NCBI GenBank assembly: GCA_040954595.2
Contig: CM082590.2
Span: 7,254,001 to 7,318,000 of the forward strand
DNA length: 64,000 nucleotides
Source: Balanoglossus misakiensis
Lineage: Eukaryota; Animalia; Hemichordata
Reading direction: 5' to 3'
In this document: piece after piece, positions 52,835 through 64,000 of the stretch
How the letters are laid out: each line of letters opens with the position of its first letter
Numbering within the stretch: the stretch's first letter is position 1
Translations under genes and position numbers: made by a program
Notes under the pieces: generated by a model
Seen by the model: only the letters and a program-made list of their open reading frames with translations
What the model was told of the DNA's origin: nothing
Database searches by the model: none

Positions 52835-53047
52835 TACTGTAAAACGGGTTATTTTCGCGACATGAAATATTCGCGATATCAAAAGAGGCAACTGTTACGC
52901 GAGGATTAATTTTCGCATTCTCGTATTTCACTAACTGCATCGTTATCTCAAAAAAAAAATTTACGCGACTTTTTATTTTCACGTTTTTTTGGCTCTCGTA
53001 TATTTGGGGAACAATTTATTGCTCGCGAAAATAACTGTTTTACAGTA
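52835..53047 (+). mobile_element. MITE family A (CGGGTT-TIR subfamily), complete
   Basis: TA-CTGTAAAACGGGTTATTTTCGCG ... CGCGAAAATAACTGTTTTACAG-TA. Confidence 0.92.
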
Positions 53048-53664
53048 CATGTATGTTTTACACTCTCACACTCAGCAGTACGTGGCCCTAATTACTACTG
53101 CAACTAGCTTAATCCCGTTTTTTTCCTTGTCGGGTTTCAATTTAGCAGAGTATCAAGGTATCGTATAATGGACTCAATTGCACGAAATTTTAAGATAATT
53201 AAGTTATTCGCCCCCCATTCTTGTTAATTTGCGACGTTTTTCGAGCGGTATTCAGAAATTGCACAATGCGCGCGCGGATGGGGAATTTGCGGTATTGGTT
53301 GCCATGGGAACGGATGTGTGTATTGTGGGTGTAATCTAACGCTATTTATCGTGTGAAAATTGAGATGATTTATGGTAATGCGCGGACGAAATGAGCTGGT
53401 GAGCGGTAATTGTTCTATTTGACGTTCGAAAATGGTCGGTCGATTTTAGAACCGAAAATTGAAATTTCAGAAATTGTCTGTGCCGTAAATTGTGCTGTCG
53501 TTAGGGATGCATGTAGGAAGGAAAATGTGCTGAGACACATTGAGACTTTGAGTTTCTTTTCTCATCAAGGATTGAGCAGTTATGTTTCATATGTACAGAA
53601 TGATTGAGCTATCATGTGTCTACGCACTTGGACCTGCATATTGCTGTAACATACACTATGAAAG

Positions 53665-53849
53665 TACAGTCAAACCCTTTTTAATTTAATCGGACACAGT
53701 CACCAAAGGACTGAAGAAATTGTTTGGTTTGCAGAGGTGTCCAGTTTATTGAGGTTCTTTTATAACGTTGTTCGAAGTGAAAGGGAAAGTGTTCAGAATA
53801 GACAGGTTTCTGGGTTAGACAGGGTTCGGTTTAGACAGGTTTTACCGTA
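53665..53849. mobile_element. pogo/Tigger-like MITE
   Basis: TA-CAGTCAAACC ... GGTTTTACCG-TA with repeated tagacaggtt subterminal motifs. Confidence 0.65.
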
Positions 53850-54368
53850 GTCGTGCAGTGTTCCGTCCAGGATATCATCAACAGGAGGGATATGTCCCCC
53901 CCCCCCCCTCCCTCCCTCTTGTCAGAATATTGGGGGATTCCACTCTGGCAAGGAGGAATGTAATTCTGTAGCGTGTGAGTGACATCATTTTAAGGGGCAC
54001 TGGTCTCCCTTGACAAAGTGCTAGGTAGGGGGTGATCCCCCCATCCCCCAGTCTAGATGAAACACTGTAAATGTATCTTGTTGTATTCTGCTGAAATGTC
54101 AGTACTATATTATACTGCACGCCACTGCAAACTCTTTCGTAGAAGATCTCTCCCCAGATAAAAGGCAGAATGATCGAACGCTAAAAACACGAGCCGAACA
54201 GTGCTGAAATCATACAACTACCATGGTGTAGAGTTAAAGTGCTTTAGCCATAGGAAATAAACTTTATGTTTAACACACACCCTTTGGGAGTCCGTGCAAA
54301 TGCCGAGTCATAGCACTTTGGCCACTGGATATAAACTTCATGTTTAATGCACACCTTAGGGGGTATTT

Positions 54369-54562
54369 TTAAAGGGAATAATCGGTCTCTACTGTTAATT
54401 CATTTTGGCGAGATTTTTACTCTCATATTCCACATACAGGATGGAAGTTGTGTGTGGTTGAACGTTGATTCACTATATATCCACATGTAGAATAACATAA
54501 CCAGTGTCTTGTATCAAACATTATTAATGGAAAAAGGGCAGCGAGAGAGAGACTTTGTCCCT
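54369..54562 (-). mobile_element. MITE family B, internally deleted
   Basis: TTAAAGGGA left stub joined to the centre and a full right arm ending gagactttgtccct. Confidence 0.85.
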
Positions 54563-55145
54563 ATACACAAGTGGTGATGACACACCTTAATTCATATAGC
54601 TGCAAGAGGTCACATCTCCACCAGTAGATACTCAGGCAGACACTCTATACATACAAACATAGCATGATTTTTTCCCAACCGTAATTAAAGTGTAGGCTGA
54701 CAGTAGAGACAGTTTGGCCATCCATCAGAGTGACACTCATACTTGGGTTATCAAGATTACGGTGAAATGGACCAGACCCTCGTTAATTGACAAAATCAAT
54801 CTCCGCGTGTCCGTGTTGAATATTTCTCCGTAAAGATAATACCTATTGGATACACATACTTTTACACTAGCCATAGAGGTCACCAGCCTTGAGAGAACAT
54901 CTTAATTTCTTGAGGAATTTTAAAAACTATCACACTGTCTTTACTCTGTAGGGAACCTTTTTTTAACATCAGTATGACTTAATACCTCTGTCCTACTATT
55001 GCAATACTATATAACTTCTGATCATGAATACATGAATATTTTTTTTTGCCTGAAGATAATAGTTTTTGTTACATGTTACATGTATTTTGTAGTATCACCT
55101 ATACACAGGTAGATGGTACACGTTATCGGCTAATACATGATAAAT

Positions 55146-55238
55146 TTAACCCTTTCACCCCCAGTTCCCTCTTTAGAGATCCAACCTTACCATAGAAAAC
55201 AGTAGGTTTGGATTGAACCATGGTGGTGATAGGGGTGA
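55146..55238. mobile_element. piggyBac-like MITE family E
   Basis: TTAA-CCCTTTCACCCCCAGTTCCCTCT...GAACCATGGTGGTGA; reverse complement of 45854-45946. Confidence 0.8.
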
Positions 55239-55668
55239 AAGTACTTGTAAATTTTCAAACAAATATACATACAGAATTGGTTCAAAGAGAAATATATCCT
55301 GTTGTCGTGAGACCACAGTTTCTGTAATAGTCAAAAGATAATTATGCTGCCTTCAAAATCTGATTTGAGTGTTTTGCTGTTGAAGTATGATAACACAATA
55401 TCAATGTGTTCTCAGTATTAGGTGTTGGTTTTGGAGTAGGATAGAAAATCCAACAGTATGTAAAACACCTCACTTGACACCCACTTGAAAAGTCAATTAA
55501 CCCAGTTCTGGATAATCCTTCATCTCAAGTTTGGTCATATGGTGCCTTGAGCCATATGTTTTTTGCTTCCTAAAATCTTTCAGTGTATGGATGGGTACTT
55601 GACTAGTGATACATTAGCATAATCAACTTCCGTGGGAAAAACGTGAATTTTTGACGCTTTTAAAACAA

Positions 55669-55737
55669 ATTCATTCATTCATTCATTCATTCATTCATTC
55701 ATTCATCAATCCATCCATCCATATTCATTTATTCTTT

Positions 55738-55796
<59 letters not shown>

Positions 55797-55847
55797 TTCA
55801 TTCATTCATTCATTCATTCATTCATTCATTCATTCATTCATTCATTC
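55669..55847. repeat. (TTCA)n-(TTTA)n-(TTCA)n microsatellite
   Basis: Direct reading; explains ORF 55651..55977. Confidence 0.97.
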
Positions 55848-56189
55848 TATCTATATACATGTAGTAGAACAAGAATATATGGTGAATGAACCAAAAAACC
55901 CTAAAAAATTCTTACAAGTCAAACCTATAGCACCTGTACATGTTTTGTTCTTACCTGGAATATTGCCTGACCTCTGACCCCTATGCATCGAAATTACATT
56001 AAGCTGTCAGTGTTCTATGGCTCATCATAAAAATAGCTGTCATCTGTGTGCAGTGGAGGGTGAAACTATCAACAGATATGATTCTGAAACGGGGAAAAAA
56101 TTACTGTTTCCAACTGCCTGCGCGTCGTTAGCGAGAGACGTCAGTAATCGTGTCTGTTGACGTACATTTACATATATTAAATTCACCTT

Positions 56190-56652
56190 TTATTTACAAT
56201 ATATATGAAAATCTACACTTTTTTGTTCATAAAATTAAGGATTTAGACAATATAGATCATTTTAAAATTGTCAAGTATGAAGTCATTTTCCTTTTAGGGT
56301 AATAATGATAGCCATGTTTGAATACTGTTGCTTATGTCGCCCAGAAAAGTACATTTGCAATATATTTGAAAATCTAAATTTCTTTGTGCATAAAATTAAG
56401 GGATGTAGAGAATTAATATAATTGTAAAATTTTCAAAAAACGAAAGCATTCTTCTGTTTAGGGTAATGATGAGCTAGGTTTGATTAAATACAGTTTAATG
56501 TCGCCCAGAAAAGTGCATAAATTTAATTTTTTTTATATAAAATTAAGGATTTAGACAATACAGATAGTATTTTCAGGAATTAATTCATTCTTTTTAGGGT
56601 AATGATGAGCTAGGTTTGATTAAATGCAGCTTAATGTCGCCCGGAAAAGTGC
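56190..56652. repeat. Degenerate tandem repeat, ~150-160-bp unit x3
   Basis: ataaaattaagg...tttagggtaat.atga...atgtcgccc.gaaaagt recurs at ~56229, ~56390 and ~56537. Confidence 0.85.
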
Positions 56653-56777
56653 GGATAATGAAATGCCGGAGGAAGGAAATGTTCCAGGGGAGATGAAACA
56701 TCTTTTTTATGATTGTTCCAGAGCCAAGTGGAATATTCATTAAAATGATCGATAGCCAGCAGGTGTACAGCTACAAA

Positions 56778-56986
56778 TACTGTAAAACGGGTTATTTTCG
56801 CAGGCAATTAATTTCCGCGAAATACGCGAGAGCCAAAAAAACCGTGAAAATAAAAAGTCGCGTCAAAGGTTTTTCAGAGATGCCAGTTGTGAAATACGAG
56901 AAAGCGAAAATAAATCCTCGTGTAACAGTTGCCTCTTTTGATAATCGCGAAAATTTCCTGTCGCGAAAATAACCCGTTTTACGGTA
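56778..56986 (-). mobile_element. MITE family A, complete, reverse orientation
   Basis: TA-CTGTAAAACGGGTTATTTTCGC ... GCGAAAATAACCCGTTTTACGG-TA. Confidence 0.92.
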
Positions 56987-57081
56987 CTAATATTGATTGG
57001 AATATTCATGTACCATCAGTCATCGATAAAGATGACATGTTATCTGTAGAAGGTGAAATTCTTGTCTGCATAGTGTGACGT

Positions 57082-57293
57082 GTTTATGAAAATTTGTCTT
57101 GAGTTGATAAATAGTTATATTTTGTGTGTCAAATTTTCCACTGTGCACAATTTGCACTTTTGTTTATAAAAATTTATCTAGAGTTGGTAAAAAATAGTTC
57201 TATTTTTTGTTTGTGCGTCAAAATTTCCATTCTGCGAATTTGCACTTTTGTCTATGAACATTATCTTGAGCTGGTAATAAAATTGTTATATTT
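57082..57293. repeat. Tandem repeat, ~80-bp unit x2.5
   Basis: gtttat.aaaattt.tct.gagttg.taa...gtcaaa..ttcca...aatttgcacttttgt recurs. Confidence 0.8.
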
Positions 57294-60200
57294 GTAATAC
57301 TTTAACCTAAAAAATTAAGGATACTGATTAATCGCAGGACATCAAATTTGAATGATATCTCATGCAGAAAAATCATTGACAAAAACATGCATCCTCTGAT
57401 ATTTTACAGAATGCGTTAAAGAGTTATTATTGTCACATTTTCACACATATTTTGATGTTAGAATAGAACAAAAAAGGTTAACAGACTGGCATATTGAGAT
57501 CAAGCATCACATAAATAACACAATATGAAACAATGTCAAAATAAAAATAAAAATGTTAAACCATATGACCCAGCCCCAGCTACAAACATGTTACTGTGTA
57601 AAACACCATGCATAAATGCTTAAATAAGAATATGTATTTGACCATCTGACCAGACTACAGACCTGATGGCCTAACACATGTTCAAAGACAAATGTTTTAT
57701 AATTAGGCCTAATTAATTCAGTAAGCATATTTTATTAGCCTAATTAGCAAAGTGTTGCTGTTTGCAAAAATAGGTAACCATATGCTTTTGTTATAGGTCC
57801 TTCAACAATTAACCTTTGACCTGTCGTAGATATAGTTGTATGCTATTTATAATATAAAGCCAAATCACTTTCATTTTGATTGAAGCAAAAAACATGAAAA
57901 AAATTATGCATTTTGTTGTTTGTACATGAATTTGTAAATAATTCAAAATGCTCATCAGCTGTGATTGTATACAATATGACTAATTTGTATGCTTGTAGCT
58001 ATTTTTGTATACCTTTTTCTTTTCAAATAATCCCCATCAACTGGTCTGACAGTAATAACAGTGAATATATATCCAGAACTTCTCTTTGACAGTTGTTGCA
58101 CACACACAATATAAATCCATTCTCTGTTTCTAGAATTGTATTGAAAGTACATGTATAGCTTCAGAAATGCGGCATAAAAACCATATTGAAAGTAGTTCCA
58201 GGCATAGTGTTGATACATGAAAAAAAGCATTTGACAGTAGTGAAATGTCTGTCCCTACTACATTTAAAGTAGTTCCAAGTATTCTAAATGTCAAAATGAT
58301 TCTGTATAGACAAGGTTTAATGTTTAGAAATAATTATCAAAAGAATGAAATTCCTAATGTGATTGGCAAAAATTTACTCAGGAATTTTAGTTAAAGTAGT
58401 TCCATCATTATCAAAGAAGAACTCATTATTGTGAAAATGAAGCATTTCATAGAAATTGAAAATTCTTGATATCTCATAAGAGAATTTTTAACAAGAATGT
58501 TCCAACATGATATGATTCCTCAGGCTATTAGACTTTTAAATTTTCTTTTATGTCAGTGATAATCGTGATTTGATGAATAGTTTCTGAAATTTTCAAACAT
58601 ATCTTGTGCATTGTTGGTTCCTTCAGGCTAAAATGCCATAAGGCCATTATTTCATTCTTCGGTTCATCGTGAATATTTGCAAAGAGACTCTCATCGACGA
58701 GGGGGAACTTAAGTATTCATTTCTCTGAAAGAAGACCAATGTATGCAAAATTAAAGATGGCCGGCATACAAAAACTGACCTCTGACCCCAAATTACGCAA
58801 ATTCACCAGGGGAAAATTTTGCTGCATACACTGATAGTATTCGCCATGCAAAGTGTGATAAGAACAGAGTATGAATAATTCAAAACCGGGGCTTTCAAAC
58901 CGTGATTTCCTGGCCTTAGAAATTCGGCAAGGATGGCTTATCATTGAAGATCTCATATCATGTTTCATACATGTATTATTTACAAGGCTTCTCCCCTGCG
59001 AGATTCCTTGTTGAGTCATGATTGCATTTGATGTGTCAGCGCTAGGCAACAAGAAAATCATATCTCGTCTCGTCCCCTGAATCCTGTTGCATCGACCGTC
59101 GTATTCTTCGATATCAAACGACGTCAGACGCGCTGAAGCGCAGTTACATTGGCATTCGAATTTCCAGATGACGGGCAACTTCAACAACGTGATACAGACA
59201 AAGACTGTGCAGATAAAACACCATGAGGCACTATGCTTAATACATGTTACGTGTCTAGCTGTTCTAAAGTAAAAACATACTTGGATGCCGAAATATTGCT
59301 TGCCCGTCACCTGGAAATAACATCGCCGTGGGTCGCATGGCCAGATCACGTGATTGATAGTAAAGAATTTGTAATCCCTGGAGTTTATCACCTAGACTTA
59401 CACTCACTGCACACTCGCCTCCCAAGGGAGTCCTCTGCAAGCTAAATTCTCACACTTCGGTAGAATTCTCACAAGACACGACTGCAGATCTTATATACCT
59501 GAAGATTTCCAATCGATGAATTATTTATATACGAGACATACAAGCACTGCGAGAGTGGGACTCGATAGATTGACAATTTGACATTTCAGCAAGCGAGACT
59601 GAATCAATGAGGAATTGTCAATAAAAGAAATTTAACATTGTATCATTATTAAATTGCCGTATCAGATAATATTCAAGAACAAATTTTTACATTTGTCATT
59701 GATATTTAGCATTAGAAGAACTTATTCATTTCTATTAAGAATATAAAATTAACTAATTTTAATTTTAGAGAAGTCTCCTATGAGAACTCTAATCAAAACA
59801 TGACAAATGTGTTTCTTGTGATGTTGCATATACAACATGGAGTTAATTGAAGATGTGTTTGTTTACATTCCAAATAAAATTGAAAATGCAGACTGTATTT
59901 TGAGGTCAGAAAATGTGAGTGACAATGCATGTTGCATTGTGAATATTCATGAAATGTTTTAATTGACCCTCGATACATTTATGTAATAGTACTATTCAGC
60001 AACTAGATGGCATCTGATGACTATTTGCATAGAATGAATTTTTTACATAAATTGCAGACATAAGCTTTTAGATTGATTGATATACATGTGGTACAGAGTT
60101 TAATGTCATGATGTGATTTATAAAATGGCAAGCATTTAGTAAAAGTAACTCCAAAATTTTGTCAGTAGAATAAAATGAATGGAAAAGTGCCCTATTAGTT

Positions 60201-61234
60201 AGGATGCGTCGGCCATTTTGAAAATATGAAATTTGAACACAGAGTGCTGAAAAATGTTGGTTGCTTCCTAGAACTGCGAACTATCAGAGAATAATTGGTT
60301 TTCAAGAGCCACAAGGCACTGGATGAGACAATCAGCGAGAAAATATTACTGGCAACCATACAAATCGTCATAAAAACCGAGAGAGAGAGAGAAACAGATT
60401 TGCTGGTAGGAAGTATTAGAGATATTGTTAGTTTTGATGGCATAACTGGGCACTGCAAAAATCATACTACCCGCAGGCACCGCAGATAAATGGTGAGAAT
60501 AGCTGCAAATATCAAGGTATCACCATAATGTCAAGGGAGATATATTATTTGTGTAATGTGTTTTTGTAGCTCGGAGCTGTCGATTTTCGCTCTCATGAAA
60601 AAGCTTTTGAAGTTTACGAAAACTGTGTTCTCGGTCAGGCAAGAAACAAGTACAGAGAGAAGTACGAAGGTGTGAAATTTTGTATATGCAGTATCTCCCG
60701 AGGATTTTGGGTCAGCGTGACGACTAATATGCATAACAATATAACCAATTGTTATGTTTATTAACTTCTATTGTCTTCTCAAAATTAAAGAGTGGTGGCC
60801 ACCATGATTTGATTGTTCTGGAGAGAACACTGTATGCTTAATTGATGGCACTATATAATCTTGCAAAATATATACTCCGATGGAAATGTTTGTTCATAGG
60901 GGTTTATATGGAATATGAAACAATATCAATACAAAATGTCCAAGATTATATGATTGTATAGGTCACCTTTTTCCGTGCCTGATCCGTATTAAAATCAGGA
61001 TATACTTTCCCTAATTCCCAGATTTGACATGGAATACACACCTCAGTTCCCTGTTTCTTCCTTTAATAAAATTTCCATTCATCAGAATAGCTCGAGGCAA
61101 GGCCATTGATTTTTCTTGTCGGAAATCCCTCCTTTTGTGTGATTTTCATACAAAATGGCTTTGAATCATTCGCATGGGTGATGTCTTCCTTGTGTTTGGC
61201 ACGTTTACTGCTGACAAGACTTCAATGTGTGAAT

Positions 61235-61433
61235 TACTGTAAAACAGATCATTTTCGCGACACACGATATCAAGAGGTAACTGTTTCACGAGGATTAATT
61301 TTCGCGTTCGCTTATTTCATTAATGCATCGTTATCTCCGAAAAATTTTACATGACTTTTTATTTTCACGTTATTTTGGCTCTTGCGTATTTTGTGAAAAT
61401 GTATTGCTCGCGAAAATAACCCTTTTTACAGTA
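61235..61433 (+). mobile_element. MITE family A, complete
   Basis: TA-CTGTAAAACAGATCATTTTCGCG ... CGCGAAAATAACCCTTTTTACAG-TA. Confidence 0.9.
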
Positions 61434-62139
61434 CATCCTAGCCTTCAGTTTATACAGAGACTTCATTTTTGACCTGGCAGAAACAAATTTGCCGTGAACC
61501 ACTGTTATTGATTAAACCATAAAATTGATAGATTTGGACACAGATTGTCAGAAGTTATCTTTGTGATAGATGCGATCTAATTTCAATGATAACAAGTTTC
61601 AGAATATTAAAAGGATGCATCTTTGAGACAAGTTTAAAGTAAGCCCAGTTTCTATTTTGATTCATTTCGTCAATAAAAACGTGTGATACGAATTATTACA
61701 TATGTAATTTTTCACTTGCCTGTAAGTAAAAATCGAATAATTTAATTTGCAGTGCTGTCTGTCAATAAGTGACTGATGACCTATTCACCCCTATTTCTTT
61801 TTCTTAATGGTACAGTCCATTTCTTTTCGTTTGAGCGGCTGTATGCCTGAAAGAGTTTTGCGTATTGTAATCATTCAAATTAATAATCAATTTGTATTAG
61901 ACATTAGCATTCATAATTCTGTTATGTTATAGATTTTAGGTAGTTGGACGAGACAGATAGATAGACAGAGAGACATGCTTGCAAGTAGACACAAAATTAT
62001 ATTTATAACAGAAAATGAAATACCGACATATATAAACAAATCATGCAAAATGCATTACATATGTATCAGACTATACATGTATATCATTATCTCGACATGC
62101 ATAAATTCATAAAAATACAGATGGAAAAATAATGCCCCA

Positions 62140-62500
62140 AATTGTGAAGAGGTCGCGACCTTAACAATGCATCATCATGTCAGTTTCAGGGTCATTATGT
62201 TGCCATGGGAACGTTTTCTGACTGTGTGTATTTCAACGGTTGTCGGGAACTCCAGCTGAGAAATGTATTCCAACCATCGGACTGTGTTATGTGTGTTGGA
62301 CATACAGGAGATTCATCTTGTAATAAGATTGATAGAGCTCGTAAGGTCAAAAGGTCAACGAAGCCAAGACCTGCCGTGGAGATAAGAAAATTTAATACAG
62401 CGTATTACAAGTGTGCAGCCATGTGTAATTACCATAACAACGTATTATTAGCATAGTGATCGTCCTCGGTGATAACGCTACTAGACGAGATTCGTAAACT
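62140..62500. promoter_or_regulatory. Candidate intronic enhancer (X-box plus perfect DR2 nuclear-receptor element)
   Basis: GTTGCCATGGGAAC at 62199-62212, AGGTCA-AA-AGGTCA at 62344-62357, ATTACCATAACAAC at 62428-62441, local CpG retention. Confidence 0.5.
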
Positions 62501-63436
62501 ATTCTTACAAACTGTGGATTCCTTTTTTTCGGCAGGTAGTTTTCGTAACTAGGCTTAAAGATGTACGCGCAGAACATAAACTGATAAACAGTGCATGTGT
62601 CTTTTTCCCTTAGGATTACATTGATAATTGCAAGAAAACAAACTTCTACTATTGTCATTTTCATGAAATTTTTACACCTAGCTCAGTCCTGTAAATATAA
62701 ATTCATTGGTCAAATAAAATGACCAATGTGGTTATACGCAAGTCTCGCGAGATCTCGCAATAAATTGTTATATATAATACGCAAGTCTAGCAAGATCTCG
62801 CAATGAATGGGAAATCAACTATCGGTAACACCTTCTGAAACTAAAACCCATTGATGCAAGCTAACCCGCGGTCACAAACAGTGTAATATTCACCAGATTA
62901 ACAGCTTTGTGAACTACTGACGCAAAGCAAAATCTGCCGTGGTTATAATTTCCCACAAGTGGAAATTGCTTCCAGCTCTCTCACCCCTCAATTCCCAATG
63001 CAATTGTCCAATCTTGCCATTCAAAACATCGGGGTCGAACCAAGTGAGTATAGGTAAAAAGGGGTTAAGCTTTCACTGTTTCCAATAGGACCAATTTTAA
63101 TAAATCTATCTGAAGTTTCCTAGCATATAATATTGAAATTGATTGCGCGTCTAGATTTTATGATATTGATTTTTGGGGTTTATTGGAATAACACCTTAAA
63201 GCTCCTAAACAAATTGGCGTTTAATTGCATCAAATATATGTATTCATATATCATAATTGTTCAACATCTCTTTGTATATCGTGTTATACAGGAATTATGA
63301 CGGAGGTCAGATTATTGATTAAGTAAAATAAATTCATTTAGATCTATTATAGATGTCGCGTGCATGCAACTTTTACTGTTTTCTGTATTACTGAATCAAG
63401 GAATAATCAAGGAATTTTGAACTTTTAAGTGAGCTT

Positions 63437-63670
63437 TTAAAGGGACAAAGTCTCTCTCTCGTTGCCCTTTTTCCATTAATTGCGTTTGATACAAGATACC
63501 GTTAATGTTATTCTACATGTGGATATATAGTGAATCAACGTTCGACCACACACAACTTTCATCCCGTTTGTAGGATATGAGAGTAAAAATCTCACCAAAA
63601 TGAATGAAAGGTAAACACTGATTATTCATTCATGAAAATTTATCGTTAGCGAAAAGTTCTGTTTTACAGT
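63437..63670 (+). mobile_element. Family B left arm fused to a family A right end
   Basis: TTAAAGGGACAAAG... to the B centre (~63630), then gaaaatttatcgttagcgaaaagttctgttttacagTA. Confidence 0.8.
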
Positions 63671-64000
63671 ATTTGATCAAATAATACACCTTACTGATCC
63701 CAGTGTAGAAAAAACACATTAACCCATGACAGAAAGAACCTAATATTTCTCCTTGACATATATATTCGCTTCGTCACTATCAAAAACTTAAATTTCCCGA
63801 CGGTACATTGTAATATATTGTTGCTAAGCGCAGCGGCTAAGAACACGATTCCCTTAAGGATTTTGTCTCACTGACTGATTAACTTCAGTGGCATTCGTGT
63901 TATGGTCGCGAAATTAAAATTGCGAATTGACATGATTAAGCGTCATCCTTAAGGTATTTGGATTGGGAAATATGCTGAGGTCGCGGAAAAGGAGAACGCT

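Larger units (their letters stand above)
27284..64000 (+). other. Long first intron extending past the window end
   Basis: No downstream coding exon recognised; repeat-rich; CpG depletion from ~31 kb onward is consistent with a methylated gene body. Confidence 0.55.

Noticed and set aside
58717-59391. Longest non-repeat ORF (224 aa, minus strand)
   Set aside because: No recognisable domain, Cys/Ile/Phe-rich random-like composition, non-ATG start; coincides with a CpG-retaining patch better explained as regulatory.

Overview
This window is eukaryotic, AT-rich and almost entirely non-coding, typical of a marine invertebrate deuterostome genome (a hemichordate is my inference from the repeat style; not verifiable here). 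I see no operon, CRISPR array, rRNA, tRNA or intact transposase/RT ORF. The long ORFs in the track are microsatellite translations or chance frames. The only convincing gene element is a CpG-island promoter at ~26.5-27.3 kb followed by a short coding exon (ATG 27221, MATIALDTATVATTNGTSEEE, GTAGGT donor at 27284) and a very long intron running off the right edge. Exon length, the EEE/phase-0 junction and the huge first intron resemble the RBPMS/couch potato RRM family (inference; the RRM exon is not in the window). The rest is regulatory desert and intron, with several non-autonomous DNA-transposon (MITE) families (TA-flanked Tc1/mariner-like, TTAA-flanked Kolobok/T2-like and piggyBac-like, one hairpin with an 8-bp TSD), an L2-like LINE remnant, microsatellites and ~90-170 bp local duplications. 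Most interesting signals: (1) a stop-free in-frame extension upstream of the ATG with a strong-context ACG codon and a KRPR NLS-like motif; (2) a CpG-depletion switch after ~31 kb, with CpG-retaining islands of which several carry RFX X-box palindromes; (3) nested, composite and fold-back MITEs. I found no evidence for a wholly new multi-gene system.
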